This document shows positions 59,378 to 64,000 of a DNA stretch of 64,000 bases, in pieces. Source of the stretch: Candidatus Poribacteria bacterium (GTDB lineage: Bacteria; Poribacteria; WGA-4E; PCPOR2b); the NCBI GenBank assembly GCA_965208325.1, contig OZ242326.1, positions 3,040,001-3,104,000 of the forward strand, given 5' to 3'. Made by a program: the position numbers and the translations under genes. How positions within the stretch are numbered: position 1 is the first letter of the stretch; the number at the start of each line of letters is the position of its first letter. The notes under the pieces were generated by a model, which had not been told where the DNA came from, ran no database searches, and worked only from the letters and a program-made list of their open reading frames with translations.

Positions 59378-60358
59378 GTGACGGGAGGTTATTTGAAAGC
59401 TGCTCAAATAGTTGCGCCGCGTCAATTTGAAGTCATTGACATAGGCGTACCCGATATTTCCTCGGAACCTAAAGGCGCAGTGCTTATTAAAGCCCGTCTC
59501 AGCGCAGTCTGCGGAACGGATATGCCGTATTTTTCGATGGAACACCCGGCGGCCGATTATCCACTTACGCTGGGGCTGTCCATCCATGAGTGCATCGGAA
59601 CGATTGCTGCAAGTAAATCCGATCGCTTCAAGGAGGGTGACGCTGTGCTTGCGCTTCCGAACGAGATGCGCGGACTCTCAGATTACTTTTTGTCGCATGA
59701 AGATGTCACCGTCCCGCTGCAAAAATTCAATCGCGGCGATTGTATTTTGATGTCACAACCGTTAGGCACCGTCATCTGGGCATGTCGGAAGTTAGGCAAT
59801 TTACTGCATCAGCACGTCGTGATTGTGGGTCAAGGGCCAATGGGTTTGATCATGGCGCATATGTTGAGTAATCTCGGTGCGAAGACGATTATTGCGACAG
59901 ATTTGCTGGATTATCGTCTAGCGGTCTCAAAACAGATGCGCGCCACGCACATAATCAACGCAAGCAAAGAAGACGCGGTTGCCCGTGTTGCCGAGCTGAC
60001 ACATGGCAAGATGGCAGATCTTGTGGTTGAAGCGGTGGGACACCAGACGGAGACAATCAATGACTGCCTAAATCTCGTGAAGCCAGGCGGGACAATCCTT
60101 GCGTTTGGTGTGCCTGATGACGATGTGTACGATTTCCATTTTGGCGGCTTTTTCCACAAAAACGTGCGTTTCATTGCATCGGTTGGACCAGATGTCCAGA
60201 ACGATTTCCCGCTGGCGATGGATATGATCTCGCAAGGACGTATTGATGTGTCGCCAATCATCACTCATAATCTACCGTTCACTGAAGTACAGCGGGCGTT
60301 TGAGTTGTCCCTTTATAAAAAAGATGGCGCAATCAAGATTACCCTTGAATATAATTAA
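59378..60358 (+). CDS. Zinc-binding MDR dehydrogenase
   Basis: VCGTD, HEC.G, GQGPMG; start may be TTG 59393 after GGGAGG. Confidence 0.88.
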   Translation: MTGGYLKAAQIVAPRQFEVIDIGVPDISSEPKGAVLIKARLSAVCGTDMPYFSMEHPAADYPLTLGLSIHECIGTIAASKSDRFKEGDAVLALPNEMRGLSDYFLSHEDVTVPLQKFNRGDCILMSQPLGTVIWACRKLGNLLHQHVVIVGQGPMGLIMAHMLSNLGAKTIIATDLLDYRLAVSKQMRATHIINASKEDAVARVAELTHGKMADLVVEAVGHQTETINDCLNLVKPGGTILAFGVPDDDVYDFHFGGFFHKNVRFIASVGPDVQNDFPLAMDMISQGRIDVSPIITHNLPFTEVQRAFELSLYKKDGAIKITLEYN

Positions 60359-60511
60359 CCCAACCGATATGCCTGGATGGGAGGAAGAGTCGTGCGGAAG
60401 CAGGAGGATGGAAGAAATTACAACCTGAAAGCGGCCGGAAGAAGAAATAGGCTGATTGCTGAAATTGCATTTTAACCCGCATCATGCAAATCGTCAGGTC
60501 TAAATTTGCGT

Positions 60512-61567
60512 TTATTGTTCCAACGGCAAGTGGACAATCCGCCCTTCGCGGCTGGATTTATAGATGGCAAGGATAATCTCAACTGCTTTTCGCCCCTCGC
60601 GCCCATCAACAAGATGAGGCGTATCGGAATTGATACTGTGGATAAAATCTGACATTTGCCGTCGATGGTTAGCATGCTTAATTTCTCGCGGATCAGCCGC
60701 ACCGCCTCCTCCTGATTGTCTCGCCGCATATTTGCGGCGTATCTCGGCATCTTCCGGCAACTCCGGATGGAACTCCCAAGTTGTAATATCTTCTTCTTCC
60801 AAAATGACCGTGCCGCGGCTGCCGGAAATCTCAATACGTTTCAAGAACCCTGGGTATACAGCGGTTGAACCCTCAATGATTCCCAAGGCGCCGTTTTCAA
60901 AACGTAGAGCAGCAACAGCAACATCCTCGACCTCGATTCGCTCATGCGCCAATGTACTCGTGAATGCCTGTACCGCTTTGACAGGCCCCATGAAGTATTG
61001 GAGGAGATCGATGGCATGAATGGACTGATTCATGAGTGAGCCGCCGCCGTCAAGTTTCCACGTGCCTCGCCATCCGCCGCTGTCGTAATATGCTTGCGAA
61101 CGGTTCCACTTAACGTAAGCGTCGCCCAAAGTAAGTGTCCCGAAACGGCCGGAATGGATTGCCTCCTTTAACAACCGACTCGCTTCGACAAATCTCGAGT
61201 TAAAGATTGCACATAAACGCACCCCGGCTTCGTCACAAGCTTGGATGATTTGATCGCACCGATCCAATGTGATTTCCAACGGCTTTTCAACAATGACATG
61301 TTTGCCGGCTTCCGTAGCCGCGACTGCCGCCTCCAGATGGACACCGCTAGGCGTGCATACACAGACGATGTCGAGGTCATCGCGTTTGAGCATCTCACGG
61401 TAGTCCGAATAGCCGTCCACATGATATCTATCTGCTAACCGCCTAACGTTTTCGGAATGTTGGGAACTGACGGCGGCTAATTGCCCAAGGTCTAGCTCTG
61501 CGATTGCCGCCGCATGGACATCCGCAATCATGCCGCAGCCGATAATTCCGAAACCATAAGTTTTCAT
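60512..61567 (-). CDS. Gfo/Idh/MocA oxidoreductase
   Basis: GIIGCG.IA..H, VEKP, WRGTW.LDGGG.LMNQSIH..D. Confidence 0.93.
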   Translation of the reverse strand: MKTYGFGIIGCGMIADVHAAAIAELDLGQLAAVSSQHSENVRRLADRYHVDGYSDYREMLKRDDLDIVCVCTPSGVHLEAAVAATEAGKHVIVEKPLEITLDRCDQIIQACDEAGVRLCAIFNSRFVEASRLLKEAIHSGRFGTLTLGDAYVKWNRSQAYYDSGGWRGTWKLDGGGSLMNQSIHAIDLLQYFMGPVKAVQAFTSTLAHERIEVEDVAVAALRFENGALGIIEGSTAVYPGFLKRIEISGSRGTVILEEEDITTWEFHPELPEDAEIRRKYAARQSGGGGAADPREIKHANHRRQMSDFIHSINSDTPHLVDGREGRKAVEIILAIYKSSREGRIVHLPLEQ

Positions 61568-61662
61568 GTCAATGACCGCCTTGAAGCAAGTAACTCTCAA
61601 GATTTTACGAAAAACTTCATTTCATATAGTAAATTGATTGGAGATGCGCAGGATTAGTCATC

Positions 61663-62238
61663 ATGAAAAAGCTAATCATGGCGTTCTGCCTAATTGTGAC
61701 GATTGGATTCATCTGGATCTGGCACCATCAAATTCAGTTTAACGATCAGTCGCGCAAAGCCTTTTTTCATCTGAAGAGCGGCGAATTTGACCAAGCAATC
61801 AATGCTTATACTATCGCCATCAAGCATAAAAAGCGTACTCTCTTTTTTTCCAAAGCCCCTTCCCTATATAACAACCTCGGTCAAACCTATCTGAGTAAGG
61901 CACAATATGATGAAGCGATCGCAGCTTTCAAGCATGCCCTCGAAATCAAACCGGATTCAGTGGAAGTTTATATCAATCTAGCAACGGCTTACCTGAAGCA
62001 GAATTTGCCTCGCCGAGCACTCGAGGCGTGTCAGCAGGCCATCCGGATTGCCCCTCGCTCTCCCTTCGCCCACTACAACTTGGCTTGTGCTTACGCGCTA
62101 GCCGACGACCCTGCAAAAGCGATTGATTCCCTGAAAAGTGCAATTGAGCTGGACAAACAAATAATAAAGTACGCGCAAGAAGAAAGGGCGTTCGATACGC
62201 TTCGTTCACACCCTCAGTTTCCAAAATCCAATCCCTAG
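61663..62238 (+). CDS. Membrane-anchored TPR protein
   Basis: N-terminal TM helix, TPRs, HYNLACAYA. Confidence 0.87.
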   Translation: MKKLIMAFCLIVTIGFIWIWHHQIQFNDQSRKAFFHLKSGEFDQAINAYTIAIKHKKRTLFFSKAPSLYNNLGQTYLSKAQYDEAIAAFKHALEIKPDSVEVYINLATAYLKQNLPRRALEACQQAIRIAPRSPFAHYNLACAYALADDPAKAIDSLKSAIELDKQIIKYAQEERAFDTLRSHPQFPKSNP

Positions 62239-62325
62239 CCAACAACCACCCTTCCAATATCATTTCCGAAATTAAAAACAACGAGCAGTGGCGAGTGCTC
62301 AATTGCCAGTTAAATGTGTTTCTTG

Positions 62326-63054
62326 CTACCCACGGTTCACTGGCTGCCGGCCGCTGTTTTTTATCTTACTTCCATATCGGCGAGACAACGCTTCTAATCC
62401 AATTTCACCCTTAACAGCAACAGATTCAATCTGCCCATTCAGTAAAAAAAGGAAACGCGAACCGGCTAGATATCCCAGTTCTGTATCGTGGGTCGTGAGC
62501 AGAACGCCTTTACCACTTGCACGCTCTTTCTCAATCAACCTGAGCGCAATCTCTTTCGCCGCCGCATCGAGTCCCGAAAACGGCTCATCAAGAAGGAGGA
62601 TACTCGAATCATGTATAAGGGCTTTGGCAATCATAAACCGTTGCATCATGCCGCGTGAGAAGATTCGGACGGGTTCGTGGGCAAAGGCGGTGAGTTCAAC
62701 ATCGGCGAGGATTTCAGAGATTCGCCCTTCCAAATCATCAATACCGTAAATCCGTCCGAAAAATTTTAGGTTTTCATACGGACTTAACTCGCGATAGGCA
62801 AGCGGCTCGTGGAGCACCAGTCCTAATGATTGACGAACGCGCTGGGGTTCAGCAAGCGCATCTACATCGCCAATTTGTAGACTGCCAGAGGTGGGTTTGA
62901 TTAACGTGGCGAGAATCTTGACGAGTGTTGTTTTGCCCGATCCGTTTGGCCCAAAAATCGAAACTACTTCGCCCGGCTGGACGACAAGATCCACACCGTT
63001 TAAAATGTTCCGATGACCATAACATTTCGTGATTTGCCTTGCTTGTAAAAGCAT
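62326..63054 (-). CDS. ccmA: ABC ATP-binding protein, CcmA (heme exporter)-like
   Basis: GPNGSGKTT, FSRGM, LLLDEPFSGLD, YRELSPYENL. Confidence 0.65.
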   Translation of the reverse strand: MLLQARQITKCYGHRNILNGVDLVVQPGEVVSIFGPNGSGKTTLVKILATLIKPTSGSLQIGDVDALAEPQRVRQSLGLVLHEPLAYRELSPYENLKFFGRIYGIDDLEGRISEILADVELTAFAHEPVRIFSRGMMQRFMIAKALIHDSSILLLDEPFSGLDAAAKEIALRLIEKERASGKGVLLTTHDTELGYLAGSRFLFLLNGQIESVAVKGEIGLEALSRRYGSKIKNSGRQPVNRG

Positions 63055-63114
63055 CCTCGGTACATATTAAAATAGGACCAGAACACAATTAGCCCCAACG
63101 GGATTTTTTTAGTG

Positions 63115-64000
63115 TTAAAACAAATCACGCATTGAGCGTCGGCGATCTTCTTCCACTTGGTCCTGAAATTCCTCATCGCTTGGTCGTTGCCACGCGGTTG
63201 GTACACGTGATGTGTACTGCGCCACCTCACTCTTCCGCTTGAATACCCGAAAATACTCGAACCGCGTGAGTGTAGGAGGAATATTGCCCGGACAAAGCGC
63301 ATGCAAACCAACCTGAACCGGATCGCCCATGCCGACATGTGTTTTTCCGCAGCTTTGCCAGTTCGTACCATCAGAACTAGCGAATCCAGAGAAGAGATTC
63401 CCTGTGCGTTCAAGTCGAAGGAAGAGCGCCCTTCCTCGATTATGACTCGCCGACACGCCTATCAATCCCGTACCGCGGCCAACGAGGGAGTAAACTCTAT
63501 TCATATGCCGTTCAAAACGAACATCGCCTCTGAACGCGTGGGGAGCGGAAGTTTTCTCTAACCTAACGAAGGCATGCGGCCCTTTCCATACAATGAGCCC
63601 GCCGTGTTCTCTCTGCTCAGGGGTTACGCGAATCCGGCACTCAATGGCAAAATCGCCAGACACCTCCATTAATAGACGCGGGGCATCCATGTTGCCGCCA
63701 TGTCCCGGTGGACTGCCGTGCCATAAATCCTGTCCGGGCTGAACATGCATTTCTAGATATCCCTGGCTCTCTGACCACGTACCGCCGCCATGGGGATCCT
63801 CCCATTTCCATTCCGGGCGCATCTGGTTGCCGATGAATTCATCTTCAAAGACTATCTCAGGAAATTCGCTGGAGGAAGACCAGCCTTCAATCTTAATTGA
63901 GGAAATTGTATCTCCGAAATTCTGAGGCAGCACGTGGAGGTTTTCAATTTCCTTTTTATAATCCTTAGGTTCCATCTGGATTCGTACTTGAGCACCTTCG
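63115..64000 (-). CDS. Beta/gamma-crystallin-like motif + DUF1349/ConA-like domain protein, truncated by the window edge
   Basis: Frame open to the window end; FGDTISSIKI crystallin-like motif; DLW..APRLL..GDF..LRLERTG..S.DG.NW. Confidence 0.7.
   Translation of the reverse strand, partial: EGAQVRIQMEPKDYKKEIENLHVLPQNFGDTISSIKIEGWSSSSEFPEIVFEDEFIGNQMRPEWKWEDPHGGGTWSESQGYLEMHVQPGQDLWHGSPPGHGGNMDAPRLLMEVSGDFAIECRIRVTPEQREHGGLIVWKGPHAFVRLEKTSAPHAFRGDVRFERHMNRVYSLVGRGTGLIGVSASHNRGRALFLRLERTGNLFSGFASSDGTNWQSCGKTHVGMGDPVQVGLHALCPGNIPPTLTRFEYFRVFKRKSEVAQYTSRVPTAWQRPSDEEFQDQVEEDRRRSMRDLF

Overview
This is a 64-kb bacterial chromosomal window. Its gene content points to Candidatus Poribacteria (inference): WD40/PD40/TPR/LRR/HEAT/FG-GAP repeat proteins, 'LLQNYPNPFNPETWIP' Ig-like C-terminal domains, '(A/S)VxPxxKxxxTWGxxK' tails, a PhyH dioxygenase and BMC vertex genes. 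It holds about 46 plausible CDS. I saw no rRNA, tRNA, CRISPR array or transposase. Main points: (1) A 2188-aa SprA/Sov-like (type IX secretion translocon-like) gene carries Gly/Phe/Tyr low-complexity inserts. Ten secreted proteins in the same window share a short C-terminal motif, either alone or in front of an Ig-like CTD, suggesting a non-Bacteroidota T9SS-like export system. (2) A two-gene cassette (small secreted beta-rich protein plus partner) occurs twice, in swapped order. Each copy has a consensus sigma54 promoter, enhancer-like repeats at conserved spacing and a covarying 5'-UTR hairpin. (3) Eight TolB-like beta-propellers form a tandem array with one hypervariable loop. (4) An ECF sigma-WD40 fusion is followed by a duplicated ECF-LRR fusion that has lost sigma2; both have internal ribosome-binding sites. 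(5) Intergenic DNA is full of REP-like families and two MITE-like elements, and one repeat copy is translated inside sprA.
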